Made by a program: the position numbers and the translations under genes. The notes under the pieces were generated by a model. The model searched no databases. It worked only from the letters and a program-made list of their open reading frames with translations, and had not been told where the DNA came from. A DNA stretch of 64,000 nt from Deferribacterales bacterium (lineage in GTDB: Bacteria > Chrysiogenota > Deferribacteres > Deferribacterales > Geovibrionaceae): NCBI GenBank assembly GCA_050253075.1, contig JBFWJS010000002.1, positions 192,001 through 256,000 of the forward strand, written 5' to 3'. This document shows, piece by piece, positions 27,504 through 38,101 of this stretch. Positions within the stretch are counted from its first letter, which is position 1, and each line of letters opens with the position of its first letter.

Positions 27504-28802
27504 CTAGTCTGTCATGCAGTCGTAGTGCTTAAGGGCTCGTTCGGCATACATTTGCTTTTTCAGCTTTTTATCACGTATCTTTTTACCGCCCAGCGCAGGG
27601 AGCATTCCGAAATGGAAGTTCGAAGGGACGTATTCCTTTTTATTCTCTGCCACCTCACCGCTGACGTGGCGTGCAAGTGCGCCGAGGGCTGTCTCTTCGT
27701 GGAAACCTTCGAAGTCGGGGTTTATGATGGCGTGTGCCGCCAGCATGCCCGATGCCGCAGATTCAAGGTATCCCTCGACACCTGTCACCTGACCGGCGAA
27801 GTATAATTCGTCATCCCCTATCACCTGAAATGTACGTTTCAAAACGCCCGGTGCGTGGATGTATGTATTTCTGTGTATGGAACCGTAACGGAGGAATTCG
27901 GCATTTTCCAGCCCGGGTATAAGGCTGAAAACACGCTTCTGCTCGGGTATGCGCATCTTTGTCTGGCATCCCACAAGGTTATATGCCGTCCCCTCTTTGT
28001 TCTCCTTTCGGAGCTGAACGACTGCGTAATACTTCTCTTCTGTAACGGGGTGTCTGAGTCCGACAGGACGGAAAGGACCAAACGTAAGGGTCTGCGGGCC
28101 TCTCGCCCCCATCTCCTCGATAGGCATACAGCCTTCGTATACGTTCAGTTTTTCAAAGTCTTTGAATTCGACCTTTTCCGCTGCCATCATCTCGTTGTAA
28201 AAGTGCTCATACTGCTCTTTATTCATGCCGAGATTCAGGTAGTCGTCGTCCCCTTTTTCCCATCTACTTTTGAAAAATGCTTTTTCCATGTCGATGGAAT
28301 CAAAGGATATGACGGGTGCTATAGCGTCGAAAAAGTACAGACCTCCGCCGAAGCGAGCCTTGATCTTTTCAGCTAGTTTATCTGATGTGAGAGGTCCCGT
28401 AGCTATGATGCACGGTCTGTCTGCGGGGATGTCTGTCAGTTCTTCGGATACGACCTCTATGTCGGGATGCTGGCGGATTGCCTCGTCCATGCCTCTGGCA
28501 AAGTCGAGCCTGTCCACGGCGAGTGCGTTGCCCGCAGGAACCCTGCACTCCTCAGCCACCTCTAAGACAAGGCTGCCGAGTATCTTCATCTCTTCTTTCA
28601 GAAGTCCGCTGGAAGTATCGGGAAGAGTGCTCTTCAGAGAGTTCGAACACACCAGCTCGCCGAGGTATTCTGTCTCGTGTGCGGGGGTGTTCGTCTTAGG
28701 GCGCATCTCAAACAGCTTAACCTTATGACCGCGTTCTGCAAGATAATGAGCCGCCTCACAACCTGCGAGACCGCCGCCGGCGATATATACTGTTTTGCCC
28801 AT
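27504..28802 (-). CDS. trmFO: tRNA (uracil-5)-methyltransferase, FADH2-dependent
   Basis: GGGLAGCEAA, ELVCSNSL, ALAVDR, YFFDAIAP, EGCMPIE and AGQVTGVEGY. Confidence 0.96.
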   Translation of the reverse strand: MGKTVYIAGGGLAGCEAAHYLAERGHKVKLFEMRPKTNTPAHETEYLGELVCSNSLKSTLPDTSSGLLKEEMKILGSLVLEVAEECRVPAGNALAVDRLDFARGMDEAIRQHPDIEVVSEELTDIPADRPCIIATGPLTSDKLAEKIKARFGGGLYFFDAIAPVISFDSIDMEKAFFKSRWEKGDDDYLNLGMNKEQYEHFYNEMMAAEKVEFKDFEKLNVYEGCMPIEEMGARGPQTLTFGPFRPVGLRHPVTEEKYYAVVQLRKENKEGTAYNLVGCQTKMRIPEQKRVFSLIPGLENAEFLRYGSIHRNTYIHAPGVLKRTFQVIGDDELYFAGQVTGVEGYLESAASGMLAAHAIINPDFEGFHEETALGALARHVSGEVAENKKEYVPSNFHFGMLPALGGKKIRDKKLKKQMYAERALKHYDCMTD

Positions 28803-28805
28803 AGA

Positions 28806-31154
28806 TTATTCTTTTGCGGAAATCGTTCCGTCTTCAAGCACTATGGTGGACTTTGTGTTTTTACACTCGGGATATCCCGAACATGCGAAGAATTTGCCTC
28901 TGCGGCTCTTCTTCAGAGTCATCTTTTTACCGCACTTCTCGCATTTAACATTTTCGTCCACTTTGTCGTATTTAGGGATTATGTCTCCCTTTTCGTTTAC
29001 TTCCATATTGCCTGTGAAGTCGCAGTCGGGGTAGTTCTTACAACCGATGAACATACCGTTTCGTCCGCCTTTGATGGTCAGCCCGCCGCCGCATTTAGGG
29101 CATGGTGTGCCGATCTCTTCACCAGCTGCGAGTATCTTTATCTCACCGTCAGGAAGTTTCACATAGTTCTTTATATTCTTACACTCGGGATATCCCGGAC
29201 AAGCCAGAACCTCGCCGAAGCGTGTCTTTTTAAATACGAGTTCCTTTCCGCACTTTTCACATTCGATGCCCGACGGTTTATCCTCTTCCTTCGGCACCAG
29301 TTTGAAAGAGCCGTCTTCGAGCCTTTCGTAGTTTGATGTGAATTTACAGTCGGGATAAGCAGTACATGCGACAAAGTTACCGTTGCGGCCGTATTTGATC
29401 GTAAGGTCTTTGCTGCATATAGGGCATTTCATGTCTATTTTAAGGTTAGAGGAAAATTCCTTCTCCGCCTTATCAAGCTCAGGTTTGAAATTGTCATAGA
29501 ATTCCTGAAGAACTCCCTTCCAAGTGAGCTTTCCTTCTTCGATGCTGTCGAGCTCCTCTTCCATCCCTGCGGTGAATTTCTTTTCGAATATACGGTCGAA
29601 ATTCGCCACGAGGAGAGTACATACAACACGTCCGAGCTCTGTCGGCAGGAAGCGTTTTTCCACCATCTGGGCATACTCTCTGTCTATGAGGGTGGAGATG
29701 ATGGAAGCGTATGTAGAAGGACGTCCGATCCCTTCGGCTTCGAGAGTTTTAACGAGGGTCGCTTCGGAATATCTGGCAGGCGGCTGTGTAAACATCTGCT
29801 TGCTGTCGTGCTTTTCAGGTGAGAGTTTCTCGCCTTCTTTCACTTCGAAGATAACTTCCTGATCCTTCTCCATGCTCTCGTCGACACCTTCGATGTAGAG
29901 TGTCTGGAAACCGGGGAATTTGAGAACCTTACCCTGAGATTTCAGAGTGTACGGTCCGTTTTCAATATTTATGGTGTTCTGGTCGTAGACCGCATCAGCC
30001 ATGTTGCTGGCGACAAATCTGTCCCAGATCAGTTTGTAAAGTTTATACTGGTCGGCATCGAGCACTCTTTTCACGCTTTCAGGCGTACGTGCCACGGATG
30101 TCGGGCGGATAGCCTCGTGGGCATCCTGAACATTCTTTCCTTTCTTTGCAGATTTAACACCTGAAGCAAGGAACTGCTTGCCGAATTCTTTCTCTACAAA
30201 GGCTCTAGCCTCGCTTGTGGCGTCGGGTGAAACCCTTGTGGAGTCGGTACGCATGTATGTGATGAGACCGACGGGGCCTTCACTGCCGAGCTCGATACCT
30301 TCATAAAGCCTCTGTGCCAGCATCATCGTACGCTTAGCAGAGAAGCTGAGCTTTCTGGCGGCTTCCTGCTGGAGCTTTGATGTGATGAATGGAAGTGGCG
30401 CACGCTCGAAGACCTCTTTACGGATGACTTCGGCTACGTTATAAGTGCCTTTCTGCAGGTCGTCTAAGACCTTTTTCGCTGTGTCTCCGTCAGGTACTTT
30501 ATATTTCTTTCCGTCCTTCTTCTCCAGTCTGGCCTTCAGCAGAGCCTTCTGACCGCCTTTGAATGTGACGTCGATAAGCCAGTATTCTTCCGGCTTGAAC
30601 TTTTCTATCTCTTCCTCACGCTCGACAAGGAGCCTGAGTGCAACAGACTGCACACGTCCTGCGGAGAGCCCGTATTTAAGGGATTTCCACAGCAGCGGAG
30701 AAACAAGGTAGCCCACTAGTCTGTCGAGGATCCTGCGAGCCTGCTGTGCGTTTGTGCGGTTTTCATTTATGGGGCCTGTGTTTTTGATGCCCTCTTCGAT
30801 ACCCTTCTTTGTTATTTCGTTGAAGAGCACACGATGTATCTTATCTGCGTTCTTCTTACCCAGCTCTTCTGCGATGTGCCAAGCTATAGCCTCACCTTCA
30901 CGGTCGGGGTCGGGCGCGAGATATATGTTCTCTGCGGAGTTGGCAACTTTCTTGAGCTCGTCGATGACCTTCTTCTTGCCTCTGATAACAGAGTATTTAG
31001 GCTCGAAGCCGTTGTCGACATCTACACCTAAACTGCTGGCAGGGAGGTCCTTTACGTGGCCGACAGAAGCAAGTACTTTAAAGTTTCTGCCGAGATATTT
31101 TTCGATTGTCCGCGCTTTGGCGGGTGATTCAACAATAACTAGATTTTTGGGCAT
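28806..31154 (-). CDS. topA: DNA topoisomerase I
   Basis: LVIVESPAKA, DPDREGEAI, SAGRVQS, GLITYMRTDS and four C-terminal zinc ribbons. Confidence 0.98.
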   Translation of the reverse strand: MPKNLVIVESPAKARTIEKYLGRNFKVLASVGHVKDLPASSLGVDVDNGFEPKYSVIRGKKKVIDELKKVANSAENIYLAPDPDREGEAIAWHIAEELGKKNADKIHRVLFNEITKKGIEEGIKNTGPINENRTNAQQARRILDRLVGYLVSPLLWKSLKYGLSAGRVQSVALRLLVEREEEIEKFKPEEYWLIDVTFKGGQKALLKARLEKKDGKKYKVPDGDTAKKVLDDLQKGTYNVAEVIRKEVFERAPLPFITSKLQQEAARKLSFSAKRTMMLAQRLYEGIELGSEGPVGLITYMRTDSTRVSPDATSEARAFVEKEFGKQFLASGVKSAKKGKNVQDAHEAIRPTSVARTPESVKRVLDADQYKLYKLIWDRFVASNMADAVYDQNTINIENGPYTLKSQGKVLKFPGFQTLYIEGVDESMEKDQEVIFEVKEGEKLSPEKHDSKQMFTQPPARYSEATLVKTLEAEGIGRPSTYASIISTLIDREYAQMVEKRFLPTELGRVVCTLLVANFDRIFEKKFTAGMEEELDSIEEGKLTWKGVLQEFYDNFKPELDKAEKEFSSNLKIDMKCPICSKDLTIKYGRNGNFVACTAYPDCKFTSNYERLEDGSFKLVPKEEDKPSGIECEKCGKELVFKKTRFGEVLACPGYPECKNIKNYVKLPDGEIKILAAGEEIGTPCPKCGGGLTIKGGRNGMFIGCKNYPDCDFTGNMEVNEKGDIIPKYDKVDENVKCEKCGKKMTLKKSRRGKFFACSGYPECKNTKSTIVLEDGTISAKE

Positions 31155-31166
31155 ATTTCTTCCGTA

Positions 31167-31583
31167 TCAATTAACGTATTCTTCGTCGTCCTCGACACCA
31201 GAGGCATAGAGTGACTTGCGCTCCATGAGGCTGTAAAGGGCGAGGTTCTTGATGGCTTCGACATCTACCTTATACCCTTCGCCTGTCATGGCGCTTTCAA
31301 TGACATCCTCCAGACCGAGAGGGTCGAGGATACCTGAGAGATGCAGCTTCTGCAGATAGCTGATAGCATCGGCTGAAAGTGTATTTTTCTCTTTTTTGGT
31401 AAAAACCCTGAACCAGAGATTTCCGTCAAAGTTGCTTATATCTAAAACAGTGAGAACCTGTCTGACCTCGTGGTCGTGAAAGCCCGTGTTAAAGAGGTAG
31501 TCTTTGATATCTTTCTCCGTGGTTTTTTCACTAAATTCAAGATAATCAATCACTAGATTGAGAGCTATGACAATTTTATCCAT
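31167..31583 (-). CDS. smg: Smg / DUF494 family protein
   Basis: Lies between dprA and topA; L...GF...EV, RVFTKKE..L, YLQKL...GILD...EDVIE. Start ATG 31583 with GGAGG RBS. Confidence 0.7.
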   Translation of the reverse strand: MDKIVIALNLVIDYLEFSEKTTEKDIKDYLFNTGFHDHEVRQVLTVLDISNFDGNLWFRVFTKKEKNTLSADAISYLQKLHLSGILDPLGLEDVIESAMTGEGYKVDVEAIKNLALYSLMERKSLYASGVEDDEEYVN

Positions 31584-32685
31584 TGAGTCCTCCGGCAGCC
31601 CGGTACTTACCGTCGATTTCCCTGATAACATATCCCTCAAGCTCCATTTGCGCAAGGTTAATAACAACGCTCTCTATTTCAAACCCCGACATGGCGCTGA
31701 GTTCATCCGGGTTCAGCGTGCCTTTGATCAGCAGGTCGAAGAGCTTTGCTTGCTCAGGACTACCAAACTTTACTCCACCGAACTCTTGCTTGTCAACTTC
31801 TTTAAGCCCGCCTATCTGGTATTTTAACTCTTCTATGACATCGAAATAGGACTCTGTGAGAACCGCACCGCTTTTCAGCAAGGCGTTTGTCGCTTTATTA
31901 CGATTGTCGGGGAAAGCGGGCACGGCAAAGACATCACGCCCCTGCTCTCCTGCCAGCCTTGCCGTAATGAGCGAACCGCTCTTTTCCGATGCCTCGACGA
32001 CTATTACGCCGTATGACAAACCGCTTATTATCCTGTTGCGTCGTGGGAAATTCTGCTTTGCAGGATGCACGAAGGAGAGAAACTCCGTCGCAACGCATCC
32101 GCTCTCTAAGACCCTGTCGAGGTACTTCATATTCTGCTGGGGGAAGAAATGGTTAACACCGCACCCCATGACAGCCGTCGTCACGCCTCTGCTGACAGCT
32201 CCGAGGTGTGCATATATATCTATCCCTGCGGCGAATCCGCTGACGATGTTAAACCCTGCCTCGGCGAGGTCTGCCGCCATCCTTTTGGAAAGGTCGCAGG
32301 CGGCACGTGTCGCATTGCGTGAGCCGACCATAGCGATGGACGGACGCTGAAGCGCAGTCACGTCGCCACGCACAAAAAGCATGCACGGTGCACCGACAGT
32401 CTGCCTCAGCATCTCAGGATATGCATCGTCATCTATACATATAATATATGCAGACGATTCCTCGAGTGCTTTCAGCTCTGATTTGAAAAGAGCCGAGTCG
32501 ATTGACCTTGTGACGATGTTCTCCGCGATCTCCTTTTTCAGCCCCATGGCTCTGAGTGATGCCATATCAAGGCCGAACCCGTCTGCGATGCTCCCTGCGC
32601 CTGCATATATCTTTTCCATAGATACATCGTCCATGCCTCGCACGCATCTCAGCTTAAGGGTTTCTATAGCGGTGTCTGTCGTCAC
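31576..32685 (-). CDS. dprA: DNA-processing protein DprA
   Basis: IAMVGSR, IVSGFAAGID, FPRRNRIISGLS, EASEKSGSLITA and GRDVFAVP. Confidence 0.96.
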   Translation of the reverse strand: MTTDTAIETLKLRCVRGMDDVSMEKIYAGAGSIADGFGLDMASLRAMGLKKEIAENIVTRSIDSALFKSELKALEESSAYIICIDDDAYPEMLRQTVGAPCMLFVRGDVTALQRPSIAMVGSRNATRAACDLSKRMAADLAEAGFNIVSGFAAGIDIYAHLGAVSRGVTTAVMGCGVNHFFPQQNMKYLDRVLESGCVATEFLSFVHPAKQNFPRRNRIISGLSYGVIVVEASEKSGSLITARLAGEQGRDVFAVPAFPDNRNKATNALLKSGAVLTESYFDVIEELKYQIGGLKEVDKQEFGGVKFGSPEQAKLFDLLIKGTLNPDELSAMSGFEIESVVINLAQMELEGYVIREIDGKYRAAGGLNG

Positions 32686-32693
32686 TGTCGCTC

Positions 32694-33794
32694 CTATTTG
32701 GAAAGTATGTATTCAATGAGCAGCCTGGCAGCGGGGAGTGTCGCCCCCTCAGGCACTACATAGTTTTTATTGTGCAGCGGAGGACTGCTCTCTCCTATCC
32801 TGACACCCTGCCATATAAAGGCTCCGGGAGCGTATTCAAGGTAGTAAGAGAAATCTTCGCCACCCATCCCCTTTTCGTGGGTGGTGACGGGCAGATTCTT
32901 CTCCTCTGCGATTTTTGCCAGCCCCTGCACTATCTCTCTGTCGCATATAACGGGCGGTGTCCCTTCGTGGACATTCAGCTCGCCCTGTACGCTGTAGAAA
33001 TCTTCGAGGTTTTTCAGCCTGACCCTCATCCCGTGCTCGATAAGGGGCTTCACGCTGTTGTCAAAGTATCTGAACGTACCCGCCAAGCGAACCTCGCCCG
33101 GCAGAATGTTCGCAGCAGAGCCGCCGTTAATAGAGCCGAATGATATGAGCCCGTTCAGTATAGGGCTCTTCTTTCTGGTCAGGATGGTCTGACAGCTCAT
33201 GATGTATTCCGCTGCTGCCGTCACGGTGTCTGTGCCCAGATGAGGCATGGCAGCGTGGGTGGACATACCTTTGATCAAAAGGTCGAAATGACATGAGCCT
33301 GCCATTGTCGGCCCCTCCACCAGTGCGGCATAGCCAAAATCAACATCGGGTGCAGTATGTGTGGCGTACATCTCTGAAACACCCTCCATACAGCCCTCTT
33401 TTATCATCTCTACCGAACCGCTGATAACTTCCTCAGCAGGCTGGAAAATATACCTTACATTCACATTAAGTTTATCTTTCACTTTAACCAGTGTCTCGAG
33501 TATTGTCAACACAGTTGTCATGTTTGCGTGGTGTCCGCAGAGGTGGCGGTATTCGCTCTTATCCTCGGTATATGGCAGAGCGTCCATATCCGCACGTATT
33601 CCGATGGTCTTTTCCGCTCCGACATCCAGTGTGCCGAACAGCCCCGTATTAAAAGCTACGGTATATGTGAGACCCATACTCTCGAGTCTCTTCTTTATAT
33701 ATTTGGAAGTTTCAAATTCTTTCATGGAGGGTTCAGCCCTGTCGTAGAGCTCTTTCAGATCAGTGTTCATCAGTTTTTCATCTATCTGATACAT
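32694..33794 (-). CDS. M20D family amidohydrolase
   Basis: RADMDALP, HLCGH, FQPAEE, GGEDFS and PLHN. Confidence 0.9.
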   Translation of the reverse strand: MYQIDEKLMNTDLKELYDRAEPSMKEFETSKYIKKRLESMGLTYTVAFNTGLFGTLDVGAEKTIGIRADMDALPYTEDKSEYRHLCGHHANMTTVLTILETLVKVKDKLNVNVRYIFQPAEEVISGSVEMIKEGCMEGVSEMYATHTAPDVDFGYAALVEGPTMAGSCHFDLLIKGMSTHAAMPHLGTDTVTAAAEYIMSCQTILTRKKSPILNGLISFGSINGGSAANILPGEVRLAGTFRYFDNSVKPLIEHGMRVRLKNLEDFYSVQGELNVHEGTPPVICDREIVQGLAKIAEEKNLPVTTHEKGMGGEDFSYYLEYAPGAFIWQGVRIGESSPPLHNKNYVVPEGATLPAARLLIEYILSK

Positions 33795-33864
33795 TTATGA
33801 CTCCTTAATACAGCCGTATCAGATGAATATATAACATTGTAGAATTTTTCGTAATATTTTTATC

Positions 33865-33891
33865 AAAAAAAGACCGGCATTTCTGCCGGTC
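33865..33891 (-). terminator. Intrinsic terminator of MCP gene 1
   Basis: aaaaaaa-gaccggca-tttc-tgccggtc (U-tract on the minus strand). Confidence 0.85.
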
Positions 33892-33919
33892 AAATTTAAT
33901 GTCAGGTTCTGAGTTGATG

Positions 33920-35527
33920 TCACACTTTGAACTGGGATATCATTCTCTTCAGACCGTCGGAACGTTCCTGCAGCATGCTTGTGGTCTGTGCTATCTCGTT
34001 AAGTGCCGTGCTGCTCTCTTCTATGCCCGCAGCCATCATCTGCGTGTTTTCGTTTATGTTTGCTATCGCATCATTCTGCTCTTCGACAGATGTCTTTGTA
34101 CTGGTAGACAGGTTCTCTATACAGCCGACGGCACGGACTATGGAGTCGAATACTGCGCTGGCACTGCTCACTTTTTTCACTCCTGCGTCCACTGTTCCGC
34201 CTGCGTCGTTCATCTCTTCGGAGGCTTTCTTAGACTCTGCCTGCAGAGCTCCGATGATGGATTCTATCTCCTTTGTGGCTGCCTGTGTGCGCTCGGCGAG
34301 CTTTCTCACCTCGTCTGCCACCACGGCAAAGCCTCTACCCGCATCCCCTGCTCTGGCTGCCTCTATGGCTGCGTTCAGTGCCAGCAGGTTTGTCTGGTCT
34401 GCTATGTCATTTATCACGCTGAGGATATTGCCTATCTCACCGGATGATTCGGCAAGGGTGGAGACTGTCCCCGCCAGTGCCGAAGTTTTAGCCTTTATCA
34501 TCTCCATGCTGGACATGATGTCATCCAGCAGACTGACGCCTTCGTTCGTCTTATTCGATGCTTCAGTTACGCATCCGCCGCTCTGGTCCATATTGTCCAT
34601 AATGGATGACGAGTTCGCCGAAAGCTCTTCCATAGCACCGGCAACGCCTGTGACCTGCTGCGTCTGGTCTGCGAAGGTGACGTTCATCTCCTCCACTGCA
34701 GCTGCCATCTGAGCACTCCCCGATGCCACATCCTCGGAGCTTTCCCCTGTGCGGAGCATCAGCTCGTGTATCTTACTGATGAAGACGTTAAAAGATTTTG
34801 CGAAGTCGGATATCTCGTCCTTCCCTGATGTGTCGAATCTGTATGTGAGGTTTGTGCCTATGGACTCCACCTCTTTCACAGTGCCGAAGAGTCGCTTAAA
34901 GTTTTGATAGATTATATAAACGATCGTAAGAAGGCATATTATTATAACAACTGATAATATAATGATAAGCCTCTCTGCGAGGATAAAATCTTCGTTTGTG
35001 GAGACTGCCGATTCCTCCATATCGCTGTCAATATGGCTGACCAGTTCTTCTAGTATCACGGTGTTCTCAGACGATGCGCTGTCGAGCACTTCGTCGATAT
35101 GCTGAAAGTCCTTCAGGTCGCCGCCCGCCCTTATCTTTTCAACAAGGTCGTTCTTTATTACACTATGTATTGTGTCGAAATTTTTATATACGATCTTAAG
35201 GGCGTCTGCCTCTTCCTGCTCGTCCACCAGCTCATTCAGCTCTGCCTTGTTAGACATCAGCCAGTTTCGGCAGGCGTCTATGGTCTGGATGCGTACCGGC
35301 TCCACCTCTTTGTCTGCCCTGTCTATTATCATCTCCATAGCCATCAGCAGCATCATGCCGTTTCGGTATTTCAGCTCTTCGAACACATGGAGCTTTGAGC
35401 CTCTCACAGACTGGTTAATGGATTCTTCATGCAGGTGATCCAGCTTATATAATGTCACAACAGAAAAAATTATCATAAGAAGACATGCCGCAAATAATGA
35501 AATATATACCTTCATCTTGATTGTCAT
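33920..35527 (-). CDS. Methyl-accepting chemotaxis protein (periplasmic helical sensor, HAMP, signalling domain)
   Basis: Two TM helices; [37 protein letters not shown]. Start ATG 35527 with GGAGG RBS. Confidence 0.95.
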   Translation of the reverse strand: MTIKMKVYISLFAACLLMIIFSVVTLYKLDHLHEESINQSVRGSKLHVFEELKYRNGMMLLMAMEMIIDRADKEVEPVRIQTIDACRNWLMSNKAELNELVDEQEEADALKIVYKNFDTIHSVIKNDLVEKIRAGGDLKDFQHIDEVLDSASSENTVILEELVSHIDSDMEESAVSTNEDFILAERLIIILSVVIIICLLTIVYIIYQNFKRLFGTVKEVESIGTNLTYRFDTSGKDEISDFAKSFNVFISKIHELMLRTGESSEDVASGSAQMAAAVEEMNVTFADQTQQVTGVAGAMEELSANSSSIMDNMDQSGGCVTEASNKTNEGVSLLDDIMSSMEMIKAKTSALAGTVSTLAESSGEIGNILSVINDIADQTNLLALNAAIEAARAGDAGRGFAVVADEVRKLAERTQAATKEIESIIGALQAESKKASEEMNDAGGTVDAGVKKVSSASAVFDSIVRAVGCIENLSTSTKTSVEEQNDAIANINENTQMMAAGIEESSTALNEIAQTTSMLQERSDGLKRMISQFKV

Positions 35528-35657
35528 ACGAACCTCCGCATACATAAAAACAATTAATTTAAATATGTATATATTTCTAAGTGTAACATTATTTTACATA
35601 TTTCAAACAAAAATTTAATAACACTAGTAAATTATGACGATGTTTCGAACATATGAT

Positions 35658-35686
35658 AAAAAAAAGACCGACATTATTGTCGACCT
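35658..35686 (-). terminator. Decayed terminator downstream of the MCP relic
   Basis: aaaaaaaagaccgacattattgtcgacc, similar to the two flanking MCP terminators. Confidence 0.45.
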
Positions 35687-35716
35687 ATAGTGAACATTCA
35701 CAAAGCTCTCATCAAC

Positions 35717-35825
35717 TCAAAATGTATATTTACCTACCTCGCCTTCCAGTGTTTTTCCGTCTTCTTTAAGTTAGGTAACGGTCTCTGGTGAAACACCGCC
35801 GCCAATTGTTTTCTATACTATCTCC
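35717..35825 (-). pseudogene. Relic 3' end of a deleted MCP gene
   Basis: Minus strand 35770-35717 reads LKEDGKTLEGEVGKYTF*, against [19 protein letters not shown] at the end of the next MCP. There is an in-frame TAA directly upstream and no start codon. Confidence 0.65.
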
Positions 35826-35896
35826 ACAAAAGCCTGTCCTTATGCATTCCCCATATGTGAAAAGTCGCTGATATATAAATGATAAAAATTAAGGCA

Positions 35897-35928
35897 TAAA
35901 AAAAGGCCGACACTTAAATGCCGGCCCT
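35897..35928 (-). terminator. Intrinsic terminator of MCP gene 2
   Basis: aaaaaaa-ggccgaca-cttaaa-tgccggcc. Confidence 0.7.
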
Positions 35929-35952
35929 TTAAACAGATAGATAGTGGTATTG

Positions 35953-37725
35953 TTATCTACTGAAATGATATTTATTTACTTCACCTTCGAGGAGCTCTCC
36001 GTCGCCTTTCAGCCCGACGCTCATCTCGGAGAGGATCTCCGTGGCGGATGCTATCTCACCCACTCCGACAGAAACCTGCTGGATAGCATTTTCCATCTGG
36101 GCTATGGCTGCGGCCTGCTGTTGGATAGCTGCTGCCACTTGGGAAATATTGTCTGCCGTTGTCTCGGCATTGTTCTTAGTATTTACGGATGACTCATTCA
36201 GCTGAACCATAAATTCAGACACGCCTGATATCTGGTCGATGTTTTTCTGAACGTCCTTAACGGCCATATCCACTGTGGCGTTGTTCTGGTTGATTATGGT
36301 GGATATCTCATTTACGGATGCGACAGTCCTTTCGGCCAGCTTACGCACCTCGTCTGCGACCACGGCAAAGCCTCTGCCCGCCTCGCCTGCTCTGGCTGCC
36401 TCTATGGCGGCATTGAGCGAAAGAAGGTTTGTCTGGTCTGCGATGTCGTTGATCAGTCCGAGGATGCTGTTCATAGACTCAGAGTTTTCCTTAAGGATGT
36501 TTATGTTCTTAATAAGTACATTGCTGGATGAAACAACATCACCTATCATATGGTTCGCAGACTGGGTGTTGCGCTCGGATTCCTCTGCGTTTGCCCTGCT
36601 GTCTGCGGCGAGTGTTTCTGTTTCTGTAACTTTCTGAGCCACGTCCTCGATACCCATCTTTATCTGCTCCATAGCAGTGGTGATCTGGCTGACCTCCTGA
36701 TTCTGCTGAAGCACGTTTGCGCTGAGCTCCTCTGTGGAGCTGGAAAGTGTCGTAGAGCCGAGGTTGAGCTTGTCCGCTGTGTCTCTGATGTCTCTGAGAG
36801 ACTGAGTCAGCTTGAATATCATAGATTCTTTATAGTCGTCCATCCCTTGAAGCTCATTGTTGCTCTTCAGGTGGCCTGTGTAGTAGTCACATTCTTTACA
36901 GTCGTGGTGCGAACCGTCGGTGATGCGTGTACACTCGACAGGAAGCCCGAATTCAGGTGCTTCACTGCCCACGGTGAGGTGACAAGGAAGCCCCTCTATG
37001 CCGTATGCAGAGCATTGCTTGTCTGTACAGTTGACCGCCTGCCAGCATGAGATGCCTTTCTTACCGCCCTTCCTTTCAAGGTTTCCTTTGGCAACCTCGA
37101 TGAAGGATTCAAGTGTGCGCTTGATGCTCTTCTGCATGGTTCTGATATTGAAAACAAGTATAGCAGTGAGCAGTATAAGGCTCGCAAGGCAAAGCATGAC
37201 CAGAAGCCTCTCAAGTGCTCTGAAAGGAGCATAAAGTTCGTCAACCTCATACCCTGCGGCGAGTATCCACCCTTCGGAAGGATACTGCATATATGACACA
37301 GACTTGGTCTTTCCTTTAAAGTCGTAGACGATATTCCCAGAGCCTTTCTTCAGCATGTCCTGAGTGAAGTCATACTGAGCGATGCTCTGACCTATCAGAT
37401 CTTTGTTTATGTGATATCTGAGAGTACCGGTCTGATCCATGATAAAGAAGTAGCCGTTCTCCCCCAGCTTATTCTTACTGATGAATTCCTGAATGGTCTT
37501 ATAGAGTCCATTAACTTTAGTTTCATCCTCCACCGTTCCGTTAACAACATATTCGAGAATATGCAGCATTTCAGCAGAACGCATAGTGGATATTGCCTTA
37601 GCATTATTTGTATTCGACCTGTTTACTGCATTGACTATAACACCGAAAACGATGATCATTACAGCAATTGTCGGCAGCAGAATCTGAGTGGATACACTCA
37701 TTTTTTTAAAGTTAAGATTAACCAT
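35953..37725 (-). CDS. Methyl-accepting chemotaxis protein with Cache sensor and Cys-rich insertion in HAMP
   Basis: [11 protein letters not shown]...YH and WILAAG (Cache), the MCP signature, and a 7-Cys insert. Start ATG 37725 (GGAG RBS); the ORF track extends to 37824. Confidence 0.93.
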   Translation of the reverse strand: MVNLNFKKMSVSTQILLPTIAVMIIVFGVIVNAVNRSNTNNAKAISTMRSAEMLHILEYVVNGTVEDETKVNGLYKTIQEFISKNKLGENGYFFIMDQTGTLRYHINKDLIGQSIAQYDFTQDMLKKGSGNIVYDFKGKTKSVSYMQYPSEGWILAAGYEVDELYAPFRALERLLVMLCLASLILLTAILVFNIRTMQKSIKRTLESFIEVAKGNLERKGGKKGISCWQAVNCTDKQCSAYGIEGLPCHLTVGSEAPEFGLPVECTRITDGSHHDCKECDYYTGHLKSNNELQGMDDYKESMIFKLTQSLRDIRDTADKLNLGSTTLSSSTEELSANVLQQNQEVSQITTAMEQIKMGIEDVAQKVTETETLAADSRANAEESERNTQSANHMIGDVVSSSNVLIKNINILKENSESMNSILGLINDIADQTNLLSLNAAIEAARAGEAGRGFAVVADEVRKLAERTVASVNEISTIINQNNATVDMAVKDVQKNIDQISGVSEFMVQLNESSVNTKNNAETTADNISQVAAAIQQQAAAIAQMENAIQQVSVGVGEIASATEILSEMSVGLKGDGELLEGEVNKYHFSR

Positions 37726-38101
37726 GACAAGCTCCGATAAATAAATAATAACCTGACATATTCTATTGCTGATATTGTAATAAGTCAAACCATATAATAT
37801 GATAAGCGACGAAAAAACCATCACTTAATTCATAGATATTGAAATTAATATTAAGAATCTTTATCTTGTCATAACAATAACTAAGCAATACTAATTCAGA
37901 AAAGAAACTGTTTGCAGTATGTTGAAACATTCAAACATATAAAAGTATTTTATTTAATATTTAGTTAATATTTATTGCATTATGAGTTAAATTTTATTGG
38001 TTTTATTTCGAAAGTTATGAACATATTTTCAGCCGTAAAGACAGCAAAAGCTATTTGTCTTATATACAATAGTATAGTAGAATTTATGACTGGATGATTA
38101 C

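Noticed and set aside
28806..29440. Repeated DNA (acactcgggatatccc) and Cys motifs at the end of topA
   Set aside because: These are ordinary TopA zinc-ribbon repeats.
37830..38100. AT-rich stretch with ATGTT..AACAT palindromes as foreign DNA or sRNA
   Set aside because: It is consistent with a divergent promoter region. The similarity to 35640-35652 is too weak to support a motif.
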